Shown here in pieces: positions 1 to 9,895 of a stretch of DNA of 64,000 nt. Position numbers and translations under genes: made by a program. This DNA is from Longimicrobiales bacterium (GTDB lineage: Bacteria; Gemmatimonadota; Gemmatimonadetes; Longimicrobiales; Gaopeijiaceae): positions 384,001-448,000 of the forward strand of contig CBDFMQ010000002.1 of assembly GCA_965249725.1 (NCBI GenBank), in the 5' to 3' direction. The notes under the pieces are model-generated. The model searched no databases. It saw only the letters and a list, made by a program, of their open reading frames with translations, and had not been told where the DNA came from. The stretch's first letter is position 1, and the number at the start of each line of letters is the position of its first letter.

Positions 1-1
1 G

Positions 2-658
2 ACGACCCTGGCCGCTCTCGTCGACAAGATCAACAAGGAACGCAAGGGACACATCATTACGATCGAGGACCCGATCGAGTTCATCCATCGCCACCAGCAT
101 TGCATGGTGAACCAGAGGGAGGTGGGAGCGGATACCCAGAGCTTCACCGCCGCACTCAAGTACGCGCTGAGGCAGGATCCGGACACGATCCTCATCGGCG
201 AGATGCGGGATCTGGAAACGATCGGGGCGGCACTCACCATCGCAGAAACCGGCCACCTCGTGCTCGCCACCCTGCACACCAACTCGGCGGCCGAGTCGAT
301 CAACCGGATCATCGACGCCTTCCCGGCTCACCAGCAGGCTCAGGTGAGGGCGCAGTTGGCGTTCGTTCTCGAAGGTGTCGTCACGCAGACGCTCCTGCCG
401 AAGGCGAAGGGACGCGGAAGAGTCGCAGCCGCCGAGATCATGATCTGCACGGCGGCGATTCGGGCGGTGATTCGAGACGAGAAAATCCACCAGATCTACT
501 CGCTCATGCAGGCAGGGAAGAAGCACGGCATGCAGACGATGAACGACTCGCTGCAGGTGCTTTATATGCAGGGTACGATTACTCTGGAAGAAGCGCTGAA
601 GCGCTCGGGTGATCCGAACGAGTTGCTGCGTGCCGTTGGTGAGCCGGCGCCAGCATGA
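2..658 (+). CDS. pilT: Type IV pilus retraction ATPase PilT (5' truncated by window edge)
   Basis: The frame is open from base 2 (TTLAALVDKINKERKGHIITIEDPIEF). It contains LRQDPDTILIGEMRD, AETGHLVLATLHT, an AIRNLIRE-like AIRAVIRD and GMQTM. Confidence 0.95.
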   Translation, partial: TTLAALVDKINKERKGHIITIEDPIEFIHRHQHCMVNQREVGADTQSFTAALKYALRQDPDTILIGEMRDLETIGAALTIAETGHLVLATLHTNSAAESINRIIDAFPAHQQAQVRAQLAFVLEGVVTQTLLPKAKGRGRVAAAEIMICTAAIRAVIRDEKIHQIYSLMQAGKKHGMQTMNDSLQVLYMQGTITLEEALKRSGDPNELLRAVGEPAPA

Positions 659-711
659 TAATGGCCCCGCGAGGGCTGTACCTCTTTCAACAGTTCTCTA
701 GGTAGACGAGT

Positions 712-1914
712 ATGCCGACGTTCAATTGGAGTGCCCGTCCCGCCGCTGGCGGCGACATCAAGCAGGGCGAGATCGAGCTTCCTACCAAGGACGAGGTCTT
801 AGCCTTCCTGCACAGGCAGAAGCTGATCCCCGTCGCGGTTCGGGAGAAGCCGAAGCAGTTCCAGATCCAGATCGGGACGGGTATCGCCACTCGGGACATC
901 GTCATCTTCACCCGACAGTTCGCGACGATGATCAACTCCGGGCTTCCGCTCGTTCAGAGTCTGGACATCCTCGGGGAGCAGACCGAGAACCAAGCCCTGG
1001 CTAAGGTCCTGGGCGAGGTGCTCTACGATGTTGAATCTGGGCACACGCTGGCCGACGCCATGGGGAGGCAGCCCAAGGTCTTCACCGAACTCTTCGTGAA
1101 CATGGTTGCTGCCGGTGAGGCCGGCGGTATCCTGGATACGATTCTGCTCAGGCTGGCCACGTTCCTCGAGAAGAACGACGCGCTCGTCCGGAAGATCAAG
1201 GGAGCCATGATCTACCCGGCCGTCATCTTCTCAGTGGCGGGCATGGCCATCATCATCCTTCTGATCTTCGTGATTCCCACGTTCCAGACGATGTTCGAGT
1301 CTGCCGGCATCCCGCTTCCGTTACCGACGCGGGTCGTTATCGGCATGTCGCAGTTCCTGCAGTCGTTCTGGTGGGCCTGCCTCATCGGGATCATCGGGTC
1401 TGTAGTGGCGATCCGGCAGATCTACACGACCGATGGTGGAAAGCTCTTCATCGACAGATTGATGCTGGCGTTGCCGATCCTGGGGGACCTCCAGAGGAAG
1501 GCGGCGGTCGCTCGTTTCACCCGTACTCTGGGTACGCTGGTGTCTTCAGGCGTGTCGATCCTCGAGGGACTCGAGATCACGGCCAAGACCGCCGGCAACC
1601 GGGTCATTCACGACGCCGTAATGAGCTCGCGCGCCTCGATCGCCGGAGGTGAAACGATCTCAGGGCCGCTCAAGGAGTCCGGTGTGTTCCCGCCTATGGT
1701 CGTGCAGATGATCAACGTCGGTGAGCAGACCGGAGGCCTGGACACGATGCTCACAAAGATCGCCGACTTCTACGACGACGAGGTCGACGCGGCCGTCGAG
1801 GCCCTGCTCGCTGCCATGGAGCCGATCATGATCGTGGTGCTGGGTGTGGTCGTCGGTGGCATGATTGTCGCCATGTACCTGCCGATCTTCGACATGATCA
1901 ACGCAGTGGGTTAA
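712..1914 (+). CDS. pilC: Type IV pilus inner-membrane platform protein PilC (T2SS F family)
   Basis: 400 aa with FTRQFATMINSGLPL, AGEAGGILD, KIKGAMIYP, GEQTGGLD and MEP..AMYLPIF; follows pilT. Confidence 0.95.
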   Translation: MPTFNWSARPAAGGDIKQGEIELPTKDEVLAFLHRQKLIPVAVREKPKQFQIQIGTGIATRDIVIFTRQFATMINSGLPLVQSLDILGEQTENQALAKVLGEVLYDVESGHTLADAMGRQPKVFTELFVNMVAAGEAGGILDTILLRLATFLEKNDALVRKIKGAMIYPAVIFSVAGMAIIILLIFVIPTFQTMFESAGIPLPLPTRVVIGMSQFLQSFWWACLIGIIGSVVAIRQIYTTDGGKLFIDRLMLALPILGDLQRKAAVARFTRTLGTLVSSGVSILEGLEITAKTAGNRVIHDAVMSSRASIAGGETISGPLKESGVFPPMVVQMINVGEQTGGLDTMLTKIADFYDDEVDAAVEALLAAMEPIMIVVLGVVVGGMIVAMYLPIFDMINAVG

Positions 1915-1930
1915 CGAGCACGGGTTCTGG

Positions 1931-1987
1931 CCCCCCGGAGCGGGGCGCGCCCTGCGGGGCCGCTCGCGGTCCGGGGGGTTTTTGTTT
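1931..1987 (+). terminator. Probable intrinsic terminator after pilC
   Basis: CCCCCCGGA (1931-1939) pairs with TCCGGGGGG (1970-1978) and is followed by TTTTTGTTT. Confidence 0.7.
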
Positions 1988-2181
1988 GCGCGCTCGCTAA
2001 GCGGTGCGGCGCATGATGCTTACTCCTCTCTTCATCTTTCGGCGCGGCGCCGCACCGATTGCCCCGCAGGGCGCGCCCCGCTCCGGAGGGCTCGACCGGT
2101 GGGTTTGCTGGCGTCTGCAGACGGACGTCAATTAGCGTTCGACCGTCGCGCCCCTGCTCCTTGCTGCTAGAAGGGACACAG

Positions 2182-2529
2182 ATGACAGACACGATCTTCG
2201 GAAAGATCGTCCGCGGAGAGATTCCTGCCGACGTGGTCTACCAGGACGAATTGGTTACTGCGTTCCGCGACGTCGATCCTCAGGCGCCGACCCATATCTT
2301 GATCGTGCCGAACAAGGGCGTGCCGACTCTCGCGGACGTGACGGATGCGGACGAGCCGGCACTGGGGAGGATGATCCGGATCGCTTCACGCCTGGCCGAG
2401 GAGGACGGCATCGATGAGGCGGGATACCGGCTCATCATCAACTGCCGAGCTCACGGCGGGCAGGAGGTGGACCATGTTCACCTTCATCTGATCGGCGGGC
2501 GTCCCCTCGGCAGGATGCTCCCGGATTGA
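2182..2529 (+). CDS. hinT: Histidine triad (HIT) nucleotide-binding protein
   Basis: [16 protein letters not shown] start, [17 protein letters not shown], and the histidine triad [14 protein letters not shown]. Start set at ATG 2182. Confidence 0.9.
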   Translation: MTDTIFGKIVRGEIPADVVYQDELVTAFRDVDPQAPTHILIVPNKGVPTLADVTDADEPALGRMIRIASRLAEEDGIDEAGYRLIINCRAHGGQEVDHVHLHLIGGRPLGRMLPD

Positions 2530-2611
2530 CCATCGCGGGTGGGCTCTGCCTTGCCCGGAACTAACGTGGGGACAATCTTCCTCGCTTTCACACTCTAGAT
2601 AGAGAGCGCAA

Positions 2612-4309
2612 GTGGAACGCTTCGAGAACTTCGTCAGCGCTGTGCGGGCCTTCGTATGGGAATGGGGCGTCCCGGCCGGCGATGGCGACATTCCCCTCGT
2701 CATCCTGGCCCTGATCGGGGTCGGCGGGTTCCTCACCCTCCGCCTCGGATTCATACAGCTCCGGCGATTCGGGCACGGTGTTGCGGTCGCCACGGGGCGA
2801 TATGACGATCCGGATGATCCGGGGGATGTCTCGCACTTCCAGGCCCTCACGACGGCGCTCTCCGCCACGGTGGGTATCGGCAACATCGCGGGGGTGGCGT
2901 TGGCCATTCACTGGGGTGGCCCCGGTGCGCTGTTCTGGATGTGGGTGACCGCCGGTCTCGGGATGGCGACCAAGTTCACCGAGGTGACGCTTGCCCAGCA
3001 CTACCGTCAGGTACATGTGGGAGCGGACGAGATGGTCGGTACCGTCTCCGGTGGCCCGATGTACTACATCGAGCACGGCTTGGGACCCAAGTGGAAGTGG
3101 ATGGGGGTCTTCTTCGCCACCGCGCTGGGGTTCACCGCGTTTCTGACGGGCAACGCCATTCAGGCGAACACGGTAGCGGATACCATCGGTACCGCCTTCG
3201 GGACCGCCCAGTGGATTACCGGTTTGGTGACCGTCTCGGTCGTGGCTGCCGTGGTCTTAGGGGGGATCGGACGCATCGGTCGTATCACGAGCATCCTGGC
3301 GCCCTTCATGGCGGCGGTCTACGTGCTCGGTGCTCTCTTGATCATCTTCATGAACCTCGGGGCTGTGGCCCCGGCGTTCGCCACCATCTTCGCCGAGGCG
3401 TTCAACCCGACGGCCGGCGTGGCCGGCACGGGTATCGGCGCCATCTTGGTGACTCTGATGTGGGGCGTGAACCGGGGTCTCTTCTCCAACGAAGCAGGGC
3501 AGGGCTCCGCTCCCATCGCACACGCTGCGGCCAAGACGGATGAACCTGTCTCTGAGGGCGTGGTGGCGCTCCTCGAGCCCTTCATCGACACCATCGTCAT
3601 CGTGACGATGACCGCACTGGTCATCATCATCACCGGAGTGTACAGCGAACGCATCCCGACGGAGATCACCTTGGCTGGCGGCGACCTCAGTTGGGTGTCC
3701 GGAGACGCTCGCGAGGGTTACGAGTCCGTGAATGCTCCTGATGAGATTCAGATTCAGAACGGGCGGCACGCGGCGGGAAGTACGATTCTCGTGGCGTGGC
3801 ACGAAGTGGCGCTGGACGAGCTCTTCACCGACGCCGGTATGACGCAGCGCTTCTCAGGCTCGGTCTTCCCCACACGCGATGAGGCCGTCGACGAGTCCGG
3901 CACTAGCCACGCGTCGTTGTACGGTATGGCCATCGAAAGCGGCGCTCCCCTTACCATGTATGCGTTCCGAAAGGGACTGTCGCCCTTGGGTGACTGGGGT
4001 CACTACGTCGTGATCCTCTCGGTCTTCCTGTTCGGGATCTCCACCGCCATTTCGTGGAGCTACTACGGGGACCGGTGCGCCAACTACCTCATGGGCGAAT
4101 CAGCGATCCGCCCCTACAAGGTGGTCTACCTTGTTATGCACTTCCTCGGGGCGATCATCTCGCTGAATCTGGCTTGGGAAATCGGCGATATCGCGCTCGG
4201 CATCGTCATCCTACCCAACCTGATCGCGTTGGTCCTGCTTTCGGGTAAGGTAAAGGAGCTCACGGACAGCTACTTCGAGCGCAGGCCGTGGGAGCGCGTC
4301 AGGGGTTAG
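2612..4309 (+). CDS. Alanine/glycine:cation symporter (AGCS/AlsT family) with an inserted soluble loop
   Basis: ALSATVGIGNIAGVA, GGPGALFWMW, GGPMYY, RGLFSNEAGQGSAPIAHAAA, LLEPFIDT, SWSYYG. Confidence 0.92.
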   Translation: MERFENFVSAVRAFVWEWGVPAGDGDIPLVILALIGVGGFLTLRLGFIQLRRFGHGVAVATGRYDDPDDPGDVSHFQALTTALSATVGIGNIAGVALAIHWGGPGALFWMWVTAGLGMATKFTEVTLAQHYRQVHVGADEMVGTVSGGPMYYIEHGLGPKWKWMGVFFATALGFTAFLTGNAIQANTVADTIGTAFGTAQWITGLVTVSVVAAVVLGGIGRIGRITSILAPFMAAVYVLGALLIIFMNLGAVAPAFATIFAEAFNPTAGVAGTGIGAILVTLMWGVNRGLFSNEAGQGSAPIAHAAAKTDEPVSEGVVALLEPFIDTIVIVTMTALVIIITGVYSERIPTEITLAGGDLSWVSGDAREGYESVNAPDEIQIQNGRHAAGSTILVAWHEVALDELFTDAGMTQRFSGSVFPTRDEAVDESGTSHASLYGMAIESGAPLTMYAFRKGLSPLGDWGHYVVILSVFLFGISTAISWSYYGDRCANYLMGESAIRPYKVVYLVMHFLGAIISLNLAWEIGDIALGIVILPNLIALVLLSGKVKELTDSYFERRPWERVRG

Positions 4310-4409
4310 ATCCGCACGAAGCCGGTAGCACGTCGAAGCGGGGGTGGCCATGGGTCGCCCCCGCTTTGTACGTCCTAGAGATTTCGGTCCGACCCTCGTC
4401 GCGTTCGTG

Positions 4410-5621
4410 TCACTTTCGGATCATCCTACCCGGCACGACCGCGCTGTCCCCGAAGCGGTCGCGAAGTCCGTCGACGGCCTTCCCGAGAGCCCGCTCGCGT
4501 GCCCCCTCGACACCGTCCTCTTCTTCGAATAGGCCGAGTTGAGCAGGATCGACACCGGGCACGAAGTTGGTCAGGCCCACGCCCAACAGTCGCGCACTCG
4601 TGCGGCGCTTGTTCCGCAGCTCCCTCAAGAGTTCGCGTGCCACTCCGAACATCGCCGCGTCGGTTTCTACCGCTTCCGGGACCGTCCGTCCGCACGAACG
4701 GGTCGTGAAGTCTCCGTCCCTGAGCTTGACGGAGATCGTCCGTGCCCTCAGACCCGACCTTCTCATGGTCCTACCCACGGAAACGGAGAGCCTCATGAGG
4801 GCTCCCTCGAGTTCTTCATCCGACTCCAGGTCACTGAAAAACGTGCGCTCCGAGCTGATGGACTTCCTCGGCTCACGGGGGTCGACGCGAGCGGAATCCA
4901 ACCCCCGCATGCGTCGATACAGCCAGCGGGCACGATGCTCACCGAACCATTTCTCGAGCCAGTCGAGCTCGACCTTCAGGGCGTCTTCGATCCGTACGAG
5001 CCCCCGCTTCTTCAGGGACTCCACAAGGGCGGGGCCGACACCCGGAATGTCTGCCAGGTCCAGCCCCTTCATGAAGGCGGCTTCCTCGCCGGGCGGCACG
5101 ATGTGGACTCCGCCGGGCTTGGCTACTCCCGCCGCCAGCTTCGCGATCATCTTACGAGTGCTTCCGCCGATGGAGACCGATATGCTCGTTTCCTCGAGAA
5201 CTGTCTCGCGAATGCGGGTGGCCGTCTGCTGGAGGGTTTCCCCCATGAGGCGGTCCGTGCCCGTGAGGTCGAGGTAGAACTCGTCGATCGAAGCGGACTG
5301 GACGACCGGTGAGAGGTCCTTCAGTAGCTCCCGAATCTCACGGCTTCTGCGGCCGCAGGCTCCCATGGGGACACCCACAACAGTGGCATTCGGGCAGAGC
5401 CTCAGCGCTTGGGCCGTCGGCATCGCCGACCGCACTCCAAACTCCCTGGCCGCGTAGGACGCAGACGTGACCACTCCTCGTCCCGTCGGGGATCCTCCCA
5501 CCATGAGTAGTTTGGCCTTGCCCGCCCCCTCCGGATCCTCGAGACGAGCTACCTGCACGTAAAAGGCGTCACAGTCGACGAGGAGAATCCGCTTGGTCGG
5601 TTCGGCTCCGTCGGGGTCCAT
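4410..5621 (-). CDS. dinB: DNA polymerase IV (Y family)
   Basis: ILLVDCDAFYVQV, SYAAREFGVRSAMP, SIDEFYLD, AKLAAGVAKP, KSISSERTF, RLLGVG and the clamp-binding QLGLF. Start set at ATG 5621. Confidence 0.93.
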   Translation of the reverse strand: MDPDGAEPTKRILLVDCDAFYVQVARLEDPEGAGKAKLLMVGGSPTGRGVVTSASYAAREFGVRSAMPTAQALRLCPNATVVGVPMGACGRRSREIRELLKDLSPVVQSASIDEFYLDLTGTDRLMGETLQQTATRIRETVLEETSISVSIGGSTRKMIAKLAAGVAKPGGVHIVPPGEEAAFMKGLDLADIPGVGPALVESLKKRGLVRIEDALKVELDWLEKWFGEHRARWLYRRMRGLDSARVDPREPRKSISSERTFFSDLESDEELEGALMRLSVSVGRTMRRSGLRARTISVKLRDGDFTTRSCGRTVPEAVETDAAMFGVARELLRELRNKRRTSARLLGVGLTNFVPGVDPAQLGLFEEEDGVEGARERALGKAVDGLRDRFGDSAVVPGRMIRK

Positions 5622-5796
5622 GCGATCTCGAGTGGTGGGGCGGAGTGCCGCGGTCCGATGGAAGTTAGACGTGCCTGACACATTTGCGAAGAGTGCTCGA
5701 ACGGGGATACAATCCGGCCTTCGAGTCGGCCCGCCCCGCCTCTGAAGCACAGAGAATCTGGGGCCTCGAGCGTCACGTAGAGCATAGGAGGAACCG

Positions 5797-6420
5797 ATGG
5801 CATATCCGTTTTCGCTCCCCGATCTGGGTTATGACCACAGCGCGCTGGAGCCGCACATCGATGCTCGGACCATGGAGATTCATCATGGCAAGCATCACCA
5901 GGGCTACACCAACAACCTGAACGCCGCCCTCGAGAACTACCCGGACCTACACGATATGTCCGGTGAGGGGTTGGTGAGTGGCCTCTCGGCTGTCCCCGAG
6001 GCGATTCGTACCGCGGTGCGGAACAACGGCGGCGGGTTCGTGAACCACAGCCTTTTCTGGCGGGTGATGACGCCGGGCGGGGCGGGGGCTCCTTCGGGCG
6101 CCCTAGCAGAGGCCATCGATAGGGCGTTCGGGTCCTTCGAGGACTTCAAGGCGACGCTCCAGAAGGCGGCGGGAGGACAGTTCGGGTCGGGGTGGGGTTG
6201 GCTCGTCGCCGGATCCACCGAGGGTCTCCAGGTGGCCGCTACCGCCAACCAGGACAACCCGCTCTCTCAGGGCTCCACTCCCATCCTGGGCGTCGACGTT
6301 TGGGAGCACGCATACTACCTGAACTACCAGAACCGCCGTCCGGACTATCTGAGCGCCTGGTGGAACGTCGTCAATTGGGACGTGGTCGCCTCGAACTTCG
6401 AAGCTGCGAACGGGGGCTGA
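5797..6420 (+). CDS. sodA: Fe/Mn superoxide dismutase (probably Mn type)
   Basis: [52 protein letters not shown] upstream. Confidence 0.95.
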   Translation: MAYPFSLPDLGYDHSALEPHIDARTMEIHHGKHHQGYTNNLNAALENYPDLHDMSGEGLVSGLSAVPEAIRTAVRNNGGGFVNHSLFWRVMTPGGAGAPSGALAEAIDRAFGSFEDFKATLQKAAGGQFGSGWGWLVAGSTEGLQVAATANQDNPLSQGSTPILGVDVWEHAYYLNYQNRRPDYLSAWWNVVNWDVVASNFEAANGG

Positions 6421-6565
6421 CCGACTGGCCGGACCGATGGCGGGCGTGGGAAGACGGGGCCGGGCTGCCCCGGACGCCTGCCTGCACTTCCTGCAACTTC
6501 TGCCCCCTGTCCGGCGTCTGAGGATTAACGCCTTTAGCGGCCGGGGGCACGAGATACTTGTGTGA

Positions 6566-7393
6566 ATGACTACAGATGTTTACACATGGGGAGGTATGAT
6601 GCGGGGGTGGTTTGAACGGTTCTTCTCTAGACGTGAAAAGGCAACGACGTTGGTACGACCGAGCCTACTGATTACGCTCGCCGCGTTTCCTCTGATTGGC
6701 GCGGGTCAAGCTGCAGCCCAGAGCCTGGGTGGCTCCGAGGCCTCTGTGAATCGAGTTCACCGGCAGGCCCAGAATCACGACTACACCTTTCTTGCCACGT
6801 CTTCGCAGGTAAGGCGGTTCGCCGACGCCGGATATCTCGTTCGGGTCCGGCCCAATCGCGACTTCACTCTTCATGACGTCTCGTTCCCGTATTCGCGGCC
6901 GGAAGTGGCCATGTTCATAGAGCGGCTGGGCAACCAGTATCGCCGTGCGTGTGGAGAGCAGCTGGTCGTCACGAGTCTGACCCGACCCACGTCTCGCCAA
7001 CCGAGGAACGCCTCTCCTCTTTCCGTGCACCCCACCGGGATGGCAGTCGACTTCAGGAGGAGCCGAACCTCTACCTGTCGCCGTTGGCTCGAAAGCACGC
7101 TGCTGTATCTCGAGAAGGCGGGTGTCCTCGAGGCGACCAGGGAGCGCACTCCCTCGCACTATCACGTCGCGGTCTTCCCCCGGCAGTACGGCCAGTACGT
7201 AGCCAACCTGAAAGCGCACGCCCGCTCCGCGGATCGGATCGCCCAAGCGTCGCGGTACACCGTGCGCAACGGTGATTCTCTCTGGACCATCGCCCAGCGA
7301 CACGGCACGACGGTGTCTCGGCTGCGAGCCGCGAACGGAATCCGCGGCAGCCGCATATTCGCCGGTCAGGTGCTGACGGTCCCCACGAGGTAA
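6566..7393 (+). CDS. Exported DUF5715/peptidase M15-like protein with C-terminal LysM domain
   Basis: Signal-like segment ending AAAQS; VTSLTRP, SVHPTGMAVD and HYHVAVF (HxxxxxxD...HxH zinc motif); LysM YTVRNGDSLWTIAQRHGTTVSRLRAANG. The true start may be 6596 or 6599. Confidence 0.75.
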   Translation: MTTDVYTWGGMMRGWFERFFSRREKATTLVRPSLLITLAAFPLIGAGQAAAQSLGGSEASVNRVHRQAQNHDYTFLATSSQVRRFADAGYLVRVRPNRDFTLHDVSFPYSRPEVAMFIERLGNQYRRACGEQLVVTSLTRPTSRQPRNASPLSVHPTGMAVDFRRSRTSTCRRWLESTLLYLEKAGVLEATRERTPSHYHVAVFPRQYGQYVANLKAHARSADRIAQASRYTVRNGDSLWTIAQRHGTTVSRLRAANGIRGSRIFAGQVLTVPTR

Positions 7394-7397
7394 CGGT

Positions 7398-8030
7398 TTG
7401 ACCCACGACCCGTCGGAGACCGTCCGACACCGGGTCATCTCCACCGACGCGACCGACGGCGTCGGGAGGTATCAACTCCTCACGTCACTCGTGGTGCCGC
7501 GACCGATCGGGTGGGTTTCCACGAGGGGGGGCGACGGCACTCTCAACCTGGCCCCATTCAGTTTCTTCTCGGCCGTATCGGCTTCGCCCATGCTGATCAG
7601 CCTGTCGATCGGCACCAGGAAGGGTGTCGCGAAGGACTCCCTTCGCAACATCCAGGAACAAGGAATGTTCTGCGTGAACGTCGTCACCGAGGGGCAGCTG
7701 GAGGCCATGAACCGCACCGCGGCGAGCCTGCCACCCGATCAGGACGAGTTCGCCTTTGCCGATCTGCCGGTTGCCATGGCGGACTCGGTCGAGGCGCCGT
7801 TCGTCGCGAACTGCCCGGCCGTACTGGAGTGCCGGCTCTTCAAGGATGTGGATCTCGACGGCACGGGTACTCTGATCATCGGTGAGGTGATGGCGGTCCG
7901 GCTGGACCCGGCCCTGGAGATGATCGAGGGGTCCACATTCGTGGACAGCGAGGCGTTGAGGCCGGTCGGACGTCTTTGGGGTGCCGCCTACGCGCTGCTC
8001 GGGGAGATCAAGACCCTGGAGCGCCCCTAG
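7398..8030 (+). CDS. Flavin reductase family protein (DIM6/NTAB-like)
   Basis: VVPRPIGWVST, NLAPFSFF, KDSLRNI, FCVNVV, LECRL, PVGRL. Confidence 0.88.
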   Translation: MTHDPSETVRHRVISTDATDGVGRYQLLTSLVVPRPIGWVSTRGGDGTLNLAPFSFFSAVSASPMLISLSIGTRKGVAKDSLRNIQEQGMFCVNVVTEGQLEAMNRTAASLPPDQDEFAFADLPVAMADSVEAPFVANCPAVLECRLFKDVDLDGTGTLIIGEVMAVRLDPALEMIEGSTFVDSEALRPVGRLWGAAYALLGEIKTLERP

Positions 8031-8034
8031 ACGT

Positions 8035-9741
8035 CTAGTCCACCCAAAGATCCACGGGCTCGAAGGCGTCGACATCGACCAACCCCAGGTCCGTGATCTT
8101 CAACGTCGGGATCACCTCGAGCCCCAAGAAGGACATGGCCATGAAGGGGTCATGGAGGGGCGACCCGAGGTCACGGGCCGATTGCACGACCGCGTCCAAC
8201 CCGGCTCGGATCTGTTCAATGGTCGCGTCGGACATGAGGCCCCCGACCGGCAGGGGCAACACGGCCAACACCTCCTCGCCGGCCGTGACGGCGAGACCTC
8301 CCTCGAGGTCGGCGACGGTCCGCACCGCGTTTCGCATGGACGTGTCGTCCACGCCGATGACGATGATGTTGTGATGGTCGTGAGCCACGGTTCCCGCTAT
8401 CGCGCCTCGCTGCAGCCCGATACCGGTGACCAGGCCCAGGCCGACGCGCCCGCTGCCGCTATGACGTTCCACGACCGCGATCTTGAGCAGATCCCGGTCG
8501 GTATCCGCGACGACCATTTCGCCCTCGATCGACGGGGTCACAACCTCCTGATCCGTCACGATTTGATCGGGGACTGCGCGGATGACTCTCGTGCGGCCCC
8601 CCCGCCGGGGGATGGAGAAGTCGAGCGCCTCCACCGTGATGGCCATGGACGGCTTCGGGGGAGACGGGGCTGCCTTCGGAGACCACAAGGCCCTACCGTC
8701 CTCCGCCACGAGCTTCCCGCCGCAGAAGACTGAGTGGGCCCGCAGCTCGGCGAGCGAACTCACGACCACCAGGTCTGCCCGTCTGCCGGGAGCGATGGCG
8801 CCTCGGTCGTGCAGCCCGAAGTACTCGGCGGGGTTGATCGTCGCCAGACCGATGGCCTCGATCGGATCGACCCCCTCCGAGATGAGCGTCCTGAGCATGC
8901 CGTCGACTCCGCCTTCATCGAGGAGGTCGGCGGGCTGGCGATCATCGGTGCACAGGGCGATCCGCCTTCGTGATCGCTGCGACAGGGCAGGGAGGAGCGC
9001 CAGCAGATTCCTAGCGTTCGTGGCCTCGCGAAAGAAGACCCATAGGCCGCGGCGCAACTTCTCGATGGCCTCTTCGGGGGTCGTGCACTCGTGGTCGGAG
9101 CGGGGTCCCGAGGCGACGTAGGCGTTGAGGTCCTTGCCGCCCACACCGGGAGCGTGACCGTCAATGACCCGCCCGCTGAACGCCCTAAGCTTCTCGAGCG
9201 CGTCCGGAGCTCCATGGATCGCCCCTGGGAAGTTCATGAACTCGGCCAGGCCCAACACGCGTGGGTGGTCGAGAGACGCGAGGTCTGTCGCGTCCAGAAC
9301 CGCTCCTGCCGTACCCATATGGGTCGCAGGCACACAGGAGCTGGCCATCACGAACGTGGAGAGCGGCAGTCCCTCGCTTGCCGCGAGCATGTAACGAATG
9401 CCCTCCAGCCCGTGGACGTGGGCGATCTCGTGTGGATCGGAGACCACCGTGGTCGTGCCGCCGGGCACGACGGCTCGTGCGAACTCGGGCGGCGTCGCGA
9501 GGCTCGACTCGATGTGGACGTGGGCGTCGATCAATCCGGGGAGAACGAATTGCCCGGCCAGGTCGAGCGTCTCGGCGGCCTCGTAGCCCGGACCGATTCC
9601 CGCGATCCGCGGGCCGGAGACGGCGATCTCCGTCTCCTCCACCTCTTCGGTCAGGACGTTCACGACGCGCGCGTTCGTGAACTTGAGGTCGGCCGGCTGG
9701 TCCCCTCGAGCCACCGCGAGTAACGTCGATAGATCAGTCAT
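8035..9741 (-). CDS. ade: Adenine deaminase (AdeC)
   Basis: PGLIDAHVHIESS, DPHEIA, GLAEFMN, DGHAP, DHEC, CTDD, AGTVAHDHHNI. Start set at ATG 9741 (MTDLSTLLAVARG). Confidence 0.93.
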   Translation of the reverse strand: MTDLSTLLAVARGDQPADLKFTNARVVNVLTEEVEETEIAVSGPRIAGIGPGYEAAETLDLAGQFVLPGLIDAHVHIESSLATPPEFARAVVPGGTTTVVSDPHEIAHVHGLEGIRYMLAASEGLPLSTFVMASSCVPATHMGTAGAVLDATDLASLDHPRVLGLAEFMNFPGAIHGAPDALEKLRAFSGRVIDGHAPGVGGKDLNAYVASGPRSDHECTTPEEAIEKLRRGLWVFFREATNARNLLALLPALSQRSRRRIALCTDDRQPADLLDEGGVDGMLRTLISEGVDPIEAIGLATINPAEYFGLHDRGAIAPGRRADLVVVSSLAELRAHSVFCGGKLVAEDGRALWSPKAAPSPPKPSMAITVEALDFSIPRRGGRTRVIRAVPDQIVTDQEVVTPSIEGEMVVADTDRDLLKIAVVERHSGSGRVGLGLVTGIGLQRGAIAGTVAHDHHNIIVIGVDDTSMRNAVRTVADLEGGLAVTAGEEVLAVLPLPVGGLMSDATIEQIRAGLDAVVQSARDLGSPLHDPFMAMSFLGLEVIPTLKITDLGLVDVDAFEPVDLWVD

Positions 9742-9800
9742 GGCAGACAATATACGGTCCACGGTCCGATTGGCATCCGTGAGATGCGTCAAATGTTTGT

Positions 9801-9840
9801 CGTTGCAAAATGCCAAAACCAGAACGTTGCACTCTGCGAT
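9801..9840. promoter_or_regulatory. Two CGTTGCA-N3-TGC imperfect palindromes in the divergent ade/pilS intergenic region
   Basis: CGTTGCAAAATGCCAA at 9801 and CGTTGCACTCTGCGAT at 9825, 24 bp apart, within an AT-rich stretch. Confidence 0.35.
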
Positions 9841-9895
9841 AGCCGATGGTACCGTGAAGGGTGGCTCCCGTCCTGATGTCGAGTGATTCCTGTAA

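Noticed and set aside
5622..5796. LexA/SOS box upstream of dinB
   Set aside because: No convincing palindrome matching an SOS box I recognise.
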